NCBI GenBank assembly: GCA_035252645.1
Contig: DATFCV010000055.1
Span: 1 to 32,000 of the forward strand
DNA from: Nitrosotalea sp.
GTDB taxonomy: Archaea > Thermoproteota > Nitrososphaeria > Nitrososphaerales > Nitrosopumilaceae
DNA length: 32,000 bases
Direction of reading: 5' to 3'
Shown: in pieces, positions 7,030 to 14,038 of the stretch
Layout of the letters: each line of letters starts with the position of its first letter
Numbering within the stretch: position 1 is the first letter of the stretch
Program-made: the position numbers and the translations under genes
Notes under the pieces: generated by a model
What the model saw: only the letters and a program-made list of their open reading frames with translations
Told to the model about the DNA's origin: nothing
Databases searched by the model: none

Positions 7030-8529
7030 TCAGCCAATCACATTGACGGAAAATTGTGACTGCTCCGAGATTGGCATAAAGTACACCCCGTCAACTTCTA
7101 CCAAAATGCTGTAGGTGCCAGCATCCTGGAACTGGTAAGGTATGGTGACGGTCCCCTCCGCAGTGTGCAGGAATGGAGTCCCGTACACCGGCGCGCCGCC
7201 TTTGCTGATGGTAACCCTGTAATCCACATGCCCCTCAGGCGTGCCCGTATTGCCGTCTAGGAAGCTTAGCGCAAGATTTGCCGGCCTTCCCACCATTAAG
7301 TTTGCAGGATCTGTTGACAACGCAATCTTGAGACCACCTGTAGTAATTGCCTGCGTCCCGTTGCCGCCCTCAACGGTATACAGTGCAAGCATACCTCCAT
7401 TAATGTGGTCATTTACATGGCAGTGCAGCAGCCAAGTGCCTGCGTTGTCAGGATACATGTCAAGCGTCTTCATGCTCATCGGGAGAAGCTCTACCATGTC
7501 AGTTCTCCCGCCGTTCATAAGGAGCGTGTTCCCATGCCAATGCGGAACATGTAGGTCACTCTCGCCTCCCATGCCCGCTACATACCACCTCACATGTGTA
7601 TCTTCATTCATCTTGAGGCCTGGAAGGTTTCCAAAGATGTATCCATTGATGGAATACTTGAGGTTGCTTTCCAAAAAGTTCGGGTCGCTATAGTTTACCT
7701 GCGATGCGGTCTCTCCTGCGAACTCCTTGAGATTGGATGCAAAGTAGGGTGAGTTTGTCTCGTTGAAAATGGTAAACAGTGTTACAAATTCCCGGTCGAC
7801 GCCCTTGGGCGTTCCGTTCTGGTTTGCCTCGCCATGCCTTGTTATTATCATCGGACCCACAAGCCCCGCCGTGGTATCCGTGATTTCATTTACATGCGAG
7901 TGGTACATCCAGAGTATGGAACTTGGATCGTCAGGGCCGGGCCCTGCCCTTTCAGGGACACGCCAGACATAGGTAAAGGTCCCGCCAGGTTGTACTGCCT
8001 CGCCTCCTTTTTGCGAGTCTGGAACTCCGTCAAGATAGGGCGCCCCCTCTGATGCCTTGTCATAGAGGACGCCGTGGGGGTGCATGCTTGCAGGAATTGT
8101 GCAGTTGTTCTTGAAGACGACGTCAATAGTGTCACCGACCTCGGCATGAATGACAGGCCCCAATATGCCAAGCCAGGCGGGCCTTGGCAGGGGTGTCGTA
8201 AACGTGCCATCAGTGTATCCGCGATAGACGCACTTGATGTACGTGCTACCTATCCTGTCCACGCCGGTTTGCGTGTAAAGGGCAGTAGTCGGATCGTCTG
8301 CAAGGGCCTTGCCTGTTATCCCGTTGACACCTGTCGGCGCGTAGTTCCACCTGACCTCCTCTGCCTCGACATAGTAAGTGCGTGTGACTCCTTGATACTG
8401 GGTGGGTACCGCCGCCTGTATTACTGGTGCAGGCTGGGAACTGCCAGCAAAGGTGTAGGCGACAATGACCACAAGCGCAGATGCCAGCGCAACAATAATC
8501 CCAAGCATGACGTAGGTCCGGGCTGCCAT
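7030..8529 (-). CDS. Membrane-anchored two-domain multicopper oxidase (ceruloplasmin/hephaestin-like) with an extra C-terminal ~100-aa beta-rich domain
   Basis: 499 aa with an N-terminal signal anchor (VMLGIIVALASALVVIVAY). Copper-ligand motifs are HPHG, WMYHSH, HVPHWHG and HCHVNDH...GGM. The stretch YYVEAEEVRWNYAP...RIGSTYIKCVYRGYTDGTF...LGILGPVIHAEVGD closely resembles ceruloplasmin A-domains. Confidence 0.95.
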   Translation of the reverse strand: MAARTYVMLGIIVALASALVVIVAYTFAGSSQPAPVIQAAVPTQYQGVTRTYYVEAEEVRWNYAPTGVNGITGKALADDPTTALYTQTGVDRIGSTYIKCVYRGYTDGTFTTPLPRPAWLGILGPVIHAEVGDTIDVVFKNNCTIPASMHPHGVLYDKASEGAPYLDGVPDSQKGGEAVQPGGTFTYVWRVPERAGPGPDDPSSILWMYHSHVNEITDTTAGLVGPMIITRHGEANQNGTPKGVDREFVTLFTIFNETNSPYFASNLKEFAGETASQVNYSDPNFLESNLKYSINGYIFGNLPGLKMNEDTHVRWYVAGMGGESDLHVPHWHGNTLLMNGGRTDMVELLPMSMKTLDMYPDNAGTWLLHCHVNDHINGGMLALYTVEGGNGTQAITTGGLKIALSTDPANLMVGRPANLALSFLDGNTGTPEGHVDYRVTISKGGAPVYGTPFLHTAEGTVTIPYQFQDAGTYSILVEVDGVYFMPISEQSQFSVNVIG

Positions 8530-8582
8530 GTTTATGCACCCGTCTCTAACGTCATACTGGTTGACCAGAAAAGAACCATTTG

Positions 8583-8598
8583 ATTAGGTCGACCTAAT
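8583..8598. promoter_or_regulatory. 16-bp perfect palindrome ATTAGGTCGACCTAAT upstream of the multicopper oxidase gene (candidate operator)
   Basis: It is perfectly self-complementary and lies 54-69 nt upstream of the MCO start codon (8529, minus strand) in an AT-rich intergenic region. Confidence 0.3.
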
Positions 8599-8945
8599 TA
8601 TGGTATTTAATTTCTTCAATACAAACAGGTCTTGAAAATAATTTCTTGTTCCAAGGTTTGAAAATCGCAACTTGAATCGAATAAACATACACGGAAAGGC
8701 GGGATTGTAGTATCGTTCTAAAAATGACGGAAAGTTCTACATCGGATGCTCCATTGAGATCCCACAATCTAGGTGCAGGCAACACCAAGGAAGCGGTAAT
8801 GTGAAACACGAAAAAAAGCAATCAAACCATGCAAACCTTGCCTTGAAAACTAGGTTTGAAAAATCACTTCTTTTTCTTGTACCGTAACTTGGTTTCGTAT
8901 TGACTCTCTTGCATGTTTTTATAAAAAAATTTGCAAGAACGTATC

Positions 8946-9034
8946 GGCGGGCTCGCCTAGCAAGGTCTAGGGCGGGAGATTGAGGATCTTCAAGGCGTCC
9001 AACGTCTTCACGGGTTCAAATCCCGTGCCCGCCG
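8946..9034 (+). tRNA. tRNA-Leu (anticodon GAG), class II; G at position 73 followed by genomically encoded CCA (to 9037)
   Basis: Hand fold: acceptor GGCGGGC/GCCCGCC, D arm GCC-TAGCAAGGTCTAG-GGC, anticodon arm GGAGA-TTGAGGA-TCTTC (G37), an 18-nt variable arm and T arm ACGGG-TTCAAAT-CCCGT. A TATA-like TTTTTATAAAAAAA lies about 25 nt upstream. Confidence 0.85.
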
Positions 9035-9074
9035 CCAGCCTTGGCTATGGTATGACATTTTTGATTAATAAATC

Positions 9075-9443
9075 CTACAGATAATGTATCTTCATGTGGT
9101 TGTTGTGCACCGTTTCAAACTGCGTGACATGGCCGCAGTGGATGCATGAGAAGAACTGGTCCGTCTTTCCCTGCGGAACCGATTCCAGCTTGTAACCGTC
9201 AAGGGCCACTATTGAAATGACACTGCCCTTCTGAATCACGGCAAAGTGCCTCTCGCAGCTGAGCGATGCCAGGAACATCTTGATTGCGGTAATGACGTCC
9301 TCGCCCTTTATCTCCTCGTCGCCTACTGGGGCCAGCATGAACTCGTGAATCTTAAGCGCGGGCACTGCCCCGACCTTGTCAGACGTGTATACTGCAAGCG
9401 ATGACTTGATGGTGGGAACGTCCCTGCAGTTTACGGTTATCAC
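9075..9443 (-). CDS. Hypothetical protein with a C-terminal classical C2H2 zinc finger
   Basis: 122 aa. The terminal FSCIHCGHVTQFETVHNNHMKIH spells C-x2-C-x12-H-x3-H. It lies 30 nt downstream of the ArsR-like gene on the same strand. Confidence 0.6.
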   Translation of the reverse strand: MITVNCRDVPTIKSSLAVYTSDKVGAVPALKIHEFMLAPVGDEEIKGEDVITAIKMFLASLSCERHFAVIQKGSVISIVALDGYKLESVPQGKTDQFFSCIHCGHVTQFETVHNNHMKIHYL

Positions 9444-9473
9444 GGAATCACTTCGATTGGGGCTTGCTTTAAG

Positions 9474-9740
9474 TTATTTGAGCACCCTGCTTAGGACATA
9501 GAGGTTGCTCTTGTAAAGTATCTCGCGCTTGCCCGATTCGTTGATTATGCCAATCTTGCGGATTGCCCGGCATTCTGCAAGTTTTTGCATCTTCCTGTAC
9601 CCAGTACTTGTGGGTATGCCGCACTCGGTACAAATCTGGCTTGTCGACTTGGGAGTGCCCATGATTGACTCTAGTATTGCCCTGTTGGCGCTGTCTGCAA
9701 GAAGGCTCTCCAGTTCTTTTTCTACGTCAACTTCTGGCAT
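9474..9740 (-). CDS. ArsR/SmtB-like winged-helix transcriptional regulator
   Basis: 88 aa. The pattern NRAILESIMGTPKSTSQICTECGIPTSTGYRKMQKLAECRAIRKIG is typical of a small wHTH regulator. Confidence 0.75.
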   Translation of the reverse strand: MPEVDVEKELESLLADSANRAILESIMGTPKSTSQICTECGIPTSTGYRKMQKLAECRAIRKIGIINESGKREILYKSNLYVLSRVLK

Positions 9741-9856
9741 TGATCCTTCTATGCCGGTCTCGATTTAATGGGTTGCTTAACTTAGTTACATAAGGCAACG
9801 CCAGACAATCGTTTTGGACAATCGGGCAAACCTTTACATAAATACTTTGCAGATTC

Positions 9857-10663
9857 GTGTCATTGAACAACATCTATGCCAATGCAGCAGACGACTTTCT
9901 TGAATTGGCAAGCGAACAGCGGCTCAACATAATATTCAAGCTGCTTGAAAAAAAGTCCAAAGTTTCAAGCATGGCAAAGGAGCTCCATGCCACGGTCCAG
10001 GAGGTCCACAGGAACTTTGAGAGGCTTGCAGGCGCGGGGCTGATAGCAAAGGACAAGGACGGCATGTACGACTTGACAACATACGGCAAGACAATGTGCA
10101 CCCAGGTGCCGTCGCTTCTTTTCCTGTCAAAGAACAGAAAGTACTTTGAGAACCACGACTTTGGGGACGTGCCGATGAAGTTCATACAGAGGATAGGCGC
10201 CCTTGCGGGGGGCCAGCAGATAAAGGGATTTGTCAAGGTGCTGGAGCAGTGGAAGTCAATCTACAAGGACGCCGACGAGTTTGTCTACGAGATCTTCACC
10301 GAGGTCCCCCTTGACCTCATCGAGCCACTGCTCACAAAGGTAAGGCAGGGAATCAGCCTGCAGTACATCTTTGCCGAGTCGGTGATAGTCCCAAAGGGAA
10401 GAAAGGAGCTTCTTGCCAAGCTAGGCATCAAGGAACTTTTGGAAAAGGGCCTAGTCGAGCGGAAGATGAGGGCAGGCACAAACGTGGTGGTGGTGCTCAA
10501 CGAGAAGGAGGCATGCGTGGGGTTTCCGACCCTTGATGGGGTTGCCGACATGCGCGAGATGTTCTACAGCAAGGACCCCCTGTTCCACGAGTGGTGCCTT
10601 GACTACTTTAGGTACTGCTGGTACAACTCGCAGACGTTCCAGGAAAGCAAGATACGCGAATAG
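9857..10663 (+). CDS. Archaeal transcriptional regulator with an N-terminal wHTH and a DUF1724-type C-terminal domain
   Basis: 268 aa with a GTG start. It has an N-terminal HTH (SSMAKELHATVQEVHRNFERLAGAGLIAKDKDG). The segment ...KYFENHDFGDVPMKFIQRIGAL... and the remainder resemble the COG4742/DUF1724 family. Confidence 0.8.
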   Translation: MSLNNIYANAADDFLELASEQRLNIIFKLLEKKSKVSSMAKELHATVQEVHRNFERLAGAGLIAKDKDGMYDLTTYGKTMCTQVPSLLFLSKNRKYFENHDFGDVPMKFIQRIGALAGGQQIKGFVKVLEQWKSIYKDADEFVYEIFTEVPLDLIEPLLTKVRQGISLQYIFAESVIVPKGRKELLAKLGIKELLEKGLVERKMRAGTNVVVVLNEKEACVGFPTLDGVADMREMFYSKDPLFHEWCLDYFRYCWYNSQTFQESKIRE

Positions 10664-10700
10664 ACAATGAATTTAATCTACGTCGCCATGCATCTCTTCG

Positions 10701-11570
10701 TTGCTTGACTTTACGCTGCGATACCTCAGGTGCATAAACTGCAGGTCGCGCCTTTCAGCCGAGCCCCTCCTGTACGGAAGCGAGTTGGAGGAGGGATTCC
10801 TAAACTGCGATTTGTGCGGTTCCAAATATCCAGTTATTTCATCGATTCCGCTTCTTGTCGCGGACCTTTCACTGTATTTCTCAGTAAGAATGTCCCTTGG
10901 CGGCGAACTTATGCTAAAGTCAAGGACTGCAAAGATGAGGTCCTTTGTCAAGCAGGCCCTTGCAAAGGTGAGGCACGCGTCGGAGGACACGACAGGCCTT
11001 GAGAAGAGGTGGGTCGCAATTTACAGAAAGAGCCTGAAGACTCGGTTCTACAGGCAAGTCGAGTCACTGATTGGAAAACTGCCAATCTCTGAAACGTTCC
11101 TTGAGCATGGCTGCTCTATAGGGCATGTGTCAAGCAGGGCTGCAAGGCGGGGCGGCCTTGTCTTTGGCATGGACAAGTCGTACTATGCAATATCTGAGGC
11201 AATGAAAAGCAGGGAAGGTAATTCCGACTTTGTGGTTGCCGACTCGCTAAAAAATCCCTTTGGAGGAAAGTTTGACACGGTGCTTGCGCTCAACCTCCTT
11301 GACATCGTAGAGCCAAGGCCACTTGTCAGGGTACTGTCAGCGCAGGCAAAAAAATTCCTCATACTTTCCGACCCGTACGACTACGAGCGCGGGAAAAATT
11401 CTGTCAAACAGCAGTTGGGCCCAGAAGAGGTAAGGTCGCTTCTCAGGGCCACGGGCTTTAGGCTGGTCGCAGGAACGGCCCGGCAGTCATTTATCCCGTG
11501 GAGTCTTGAGGCAAACCCAAGGCTTGTCCTGAACTACAAGGTAGACCTTGTTGTCGCAAGAAGACGCTAG
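10701..11570 (+). CDS. Class I SAM-dependent methyltransferase with an N-terminal Trm112-like zinc-ribbon
   Basis: 289 aa with a TTG start. The N-terminus is RCINCRSRL...LNCDLCGSKYPVISSIPLLV. The SAM fold is LEHGCSIGHVS...VFGMD...FDTVLALNLLDIVE. Confidence 0.8.
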   Translation: MLDFTLRYLRCINCRSRLSAEPLLYGSELEEGFLNCDLCGSKYPVISSIPLLVADLSLYFSVRMSLGGELMLKSRTAKMRSFVKQALAKVRHASEDTTGLEKRWVAIYRKSLKTRFYRQVESLIGKLPISETFLEHGCSIGHVSSRAARRGGLVFGMDKSYYAISEAMKSREGNSDFVVADSLKNPFGGKFDTVLALNLLDIVEPRPLVRVLSAQAKKFLILSDPYDYERGKNSVKQQLGPEEVRSLLRATGFRLVAGTARQSFIPWSLEANPRLVLNYKVDLVVARRR

Positions 11571-12640
11571 ATCTGCTGTGCTATCTCGGGCGCCTTCTGG
11601 GAAATCATCTTTGAGAGGCCGCGCATGTAGTTTTGTGCAAATGTCGTCACAGGCTGTGACGAGTACCAAATGCACCCAAGTACCTTGCAGTCATGGCAGG
11701 TCTTTGCAATCTCCCACTGGGGCGCCGACCATATCTCCTCGACGGATTTTTCAAGGAGGCTGTACGTGTTTTGCGGGCTGTTGTACTTCCAGCAGGGCAC
11801 CATGACCGTGCCGTTGCCGTTTACAAATATGGACTTCCACACCCCGCACTCGTCATAGATTCCTCGCCCGTGCTCGATTATCTGCTCAAAATATTCCGGA
11901 GGCAGCATTACCTGCGGGTCCTCCCTGCTTGAAATGTGCTCAAGGACGGACTTGCAAACCTGGACCATTGTCTCCCTGTCTGGCAGGAGGCTATAGTCCA
12001 CATCCGACCTGTCCTCGACAAAGGTCAGCGAGACCGAGCCTACGCCAAGCTCGCTGGCTTTTCGGAAGTATGACTTGTCGATGAATTCCTGCGTGTTGAA
12101 CTTGGTGATTACCGAGTTGAAGGTGTGCGGTACGCCGTGTTTGCTGAGAAGCCGGAGGTTGTCCATGACCCTCTGGTATGTCTGGGGCGTGACCCCGCGA
12201 ACCTTGCAGTAGGACTCTTCATGCACCGAGTCTATGCTGCAGGTCACAAACTGCACGTACCTTTTTAGCTCCTCGAGGTCTACCGTATGCAAAAGCGAGG
12301 AGTTTGTGATGAGGGTTATCGGCATCTTAAGCGAGTAGAGGTACCTGACAAGCTCCATAAAGTCTGGCCTGCTTGTGGGCTCGCCGCCCTCGATTATGCA
12401 CCATATGCAGTACTTGGCGACCTTGTCGAAAATCATCTTCCACTGGTCAGTTGTGAGGTCGTGTTTTGATGCAAACTTGATCTGGCCCTGCTTGTCGGCG
12501 TCCCCAAAGGGGCACATGGGGCAGAAATAATTGCAATAATGAGTAAGACTGAAGACTGCGACGATTGGGCGCTTTCTTCCTACGGCCCTGTTAAGGGACC
12601 ACTTGCCCACCCTGTCAATTGTCCGGATGATGTCTACCAC
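11567..12640 (-). CDS. Radical SAM enzyme with a Cys-rich C-terminal (SPASM/twitch-like) region
   Basis: 357 aa. It has CNYFCPMC (CxxxCxxC), GGEPT, and C-terminal ECGVWKSIFVNGNGTVMVPC ... CHDCKVLGC. The substrate is unknown. Confidence 0.9.
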   Translation of the reverse strand: MVDIIRTIDRVGKWSLNRAVGRKRPIVAVFSLTHYCNYFCPMCPFGDADKQGQIKFASKHDLTTDQWKMIFDKVAKYCIWCIIEGGEPTSRPDFMELVRYLYSLKMPITLITNSSLLHTVDLEELKRYVQFVTCSIDSVHEESYCKVRGVTPQTYQRVMDNLRLLSKHGVPHTFNSVITKFNTQEFIDKSYFRKASELGVGSVSLTFVEDRSDVDYSLLPDRETMVQVCKSVLEHISSREDPQVMLPPEYFEQIIEHGRGIYDECGVWKSIFVNGNGTVMVPCWKYNSPQNTYSLLEKSVEEIWSAPQWEIAKTCHDCKVLGCIWYSSQPVTTFAQNYMRGLSKMISQKAPEIAQQI

Positions 12641-12703
12641 AAATTTGCTGCCGCGCTGAATCTATTAAGATTTTTGAGGCCTGCGTGTTTGAAATCAATT
12701 TAT

Positions 12704-13519
12704 TTGAAACCCAAGCGTATCTACTTTGTGAGGACAGCACTCGTTTTGCTTGCAGCCGTCGCAATCATTCCGCTATCCTGCTGTAATGCAAGCTCGCAAC
12801 AGGTTCCATCCTGGGTAAAAAATAACGCCAAGTGGTGGTCGGAAGGACAGGTAAGCGACGTTGAATTTCTAAAAGGGATGCAGTATCTCATCGACCAGGG
12901 ACTGATGGATGTTCCGCATCATGCAAACGGCACATCTGGCGCTGTATCCGTAAAGATACCGTCCTGGGTCCGTACCGATGCAGGCTGGTGGGCAGAGGGA
13001 GTTGTGCCTGACCAGGAATTTCTCAATGGCATGGAGTACCTGGTGGATGCCGAGATAGTCCGCATCCAAGACAATGACGAATTTATGGTATCAAGCCCTG
13101 CATTTGCTGACAACGGCACGATACCTTCGCAGTACACCTGCGACGGGGGCAACAAATCTCCGCCGCTTGTGGTGCTAGGAGTGCCCTCAAGCGCAAAAAG
13201 CCTAGCCCTCACGGTTGTAGATATCGACGCCCCGTCTGGGCCATTCACGCACTGGACCATGTGGAACATCCAGCCAAACCAAACGTCGCTTGCACAAGGG
13301 ATGAACGCAAGTCTCCCACAGGGAACCTCAAGCGCTGGAACTGTAGGATATCACGGACCATGCCCGCCGCTTGGAACGCACAGGTATGTCTTCAGCCTCT
13401 ATGCCCTTGACAGGGTGCTAGACCTTGGGCAGGGGGCATCGAGGGCTGACCTGGAAGATGCGATGCAGGGACACGTTATTGAAAAAACCCAGATAATAGG
13501 TACATATGCAAGACACTGA
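12704..13519 (+). CDS. Secreted/anchored YbhB/YbcL-type PEBP (Raf-kinase-inhibitor-like) protein preceded by two thaumarchaeal 'PSWV..NA.WW' repeat modules
   Basis: The tracked ORF (from 12539) overlaps the radical SAM start in antisense. A plausible start is TTG 12704 or GTG 12728, ahead of the signal-like RTALVLLAAVAIIPLSC. The PEBP core is FADNGTIPSQYTCDG...DAPSGPFTHW...GPCPPLGTHRYVFSLYAL. Confidence 0.85.
   Translation: MKPKRIYFVRTALVLLAAVAIIPLSCCNASSQQVPSWVKNNAKWWSEGQVSDVEFLKGMQYLIDQGLMDVPHHANGTSGAVSVKIPSWVRTDAGWWAEGVVPDQEFLNGMEYLVDAEIVRIQDNDEFMVSSPAFADNGTIPSQYTCDGGNKSPPLVVLGVPSSAKSLALTVVDIDAPSGPFTHWTMWNIQPNQTSLAQGMNASLPQGTSSAGTVGYHGPCPPLGTHRYVFSLYALDRVLDLGQGASRADLEDAMQGHVIEKTQIIGTYARH
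12803..13066 (+). repeat. Tandem ~37-aa protein repeat inside the PEBP gene (12803-12913 and 12956-13066)
   Basis: VPSWVKNNAKWWSEGQVSDVEFLKGMQYLIDQGLM aligns with IPSWVRTDAGWWAEGVVPDQEFLNGMEYLVDAEIV. I recognise this module from many exported thaumarchaeal proteins. Confidence 0.8.
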
Positions 13520-13520
13520 A

Positions 13521-13527
13521 TTTTTTT
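13521..13527 (+). terminator. Oligo-T tract (T7) right after the PEBP stop
   Basis: TGAATTTTTTTAAC follows the stop. Archaeal RNAP terminates at oligo-T runs. Confidence 0.4.
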
Positions 13528-13554
13528 AACCCCTGGGATTTTGGCTCACATGGC

Positions 13555-13562
13555 AAAAAAAA
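13555..13562 (-). terminator. Oligo-T tract (T8 on the minus strand) 18 nt after the stop of the Cys-rich mini-protein
   Basis: An A8 run on the plus strand is T8 on the minus strand. Confidence 0.4.
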
Positions 13563-13579
13563 GAGAAGGCGTGCAGGCG

Positions 13580-13786
13580 TTACGTGCCACCGGGGGTTCT
13601 AACCGAGGTGCAGACGGATATCCCTGCCGCGTTTACGATACAGCCGTCGCCACAATCGTCGCCGCAGTCATTGTCGGCGTAGACTGGGTGTATGGTTGTG
13701 GCAGCTCCTATTGCTACAAGGAGCAGCGCAAAAACCACTGCGACAGCCTTGATGCCAAGTTGCTTGCGGTGTTTCTCATCAATCAT
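13580..13786 (-). CDS. Small exported acidic Cys-rich protein (68 aa)
   Basis: MIDEKHRKQLGIKAVAVVFALLLVAIGAATTIHPVYA / DNDCGDDCGDGCIVNAAGISVCTSVRTPGGT shows a basic n-region, a hydrophobic core and an A-x-A-like site, followed by a 31-aa tail with 4 Cys. It has a TATA-like element about 25 nt upstream and a T8 tract downstream. The overlapping plus-strand ORF (13541-13789) looks less protein-like. Confidence 0.5.
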   Translation of the reverse strand: MIDEKHRKQLGIKAVAVVFALLLVAIGAATTIHPVYADNDCGDDCGDGCIVNAAGISVCTSVRTPGGT

Positions 13787-14038
13787 TGATCCAAGCTTTT
13801 AGCCAAAATTTTTATGACTATCCATGGATTTTTCTGCGCAAGCGATACGTACCTATAGCAGGTGAAAGGAAAACATATCGCAGGGCCTGCAGCAGCCTTC
13901 ATAAAAAGACTACATGTGACTGTCTTGCAGGACCAGTATCCAATTTTGTACCTCGGCTCCGCCCAAAAATTTGTAACCACTGGACAATAATTTCATTTCA
14001 TGGCTTGATTCTGCCTGCCAACCTTTTGGTTTCTTGTT

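Noticed and set aside
8594-8821. 75-aa minus-strand ORF in the AT-rich region upstream of the multicopper oxidase.
   Set aside because: It lies in an AT-rich promoter region, its product is low-complexity and hydrophobic, and it has no start context. It is likely a chance ORF.
12539-12703. 5' extension of the PEBP ORF.
   Set aside because: It overlaps the radical SAM gene start in antisense and precedes the signal-peptide-like segment. The real start is most likely TTG 12704 or GTG 12728.
12688-12712. TTTGAAATC / TTTGAAACC direct repeats in the rSAM-PEBP intergenic region resemble the GGTTTGAAAATC elements upstream of the MCO.
   Set aside because: These are short AT-rich strings in AT-rich intergenic DNA. 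Chance recurrence cannot be excluded without genome-wide counts.
13541-13789. Plus-strand 82-aa ORF overlapping the Cys-rich mini-protein gene.
   Set aside because: The minus-strand reading has a proper signal peptide, a TATA-like box at leaderless distance and a downstream T8 tract. The plus-strand product has no such organisation. Strand choice remains only moderately confident.
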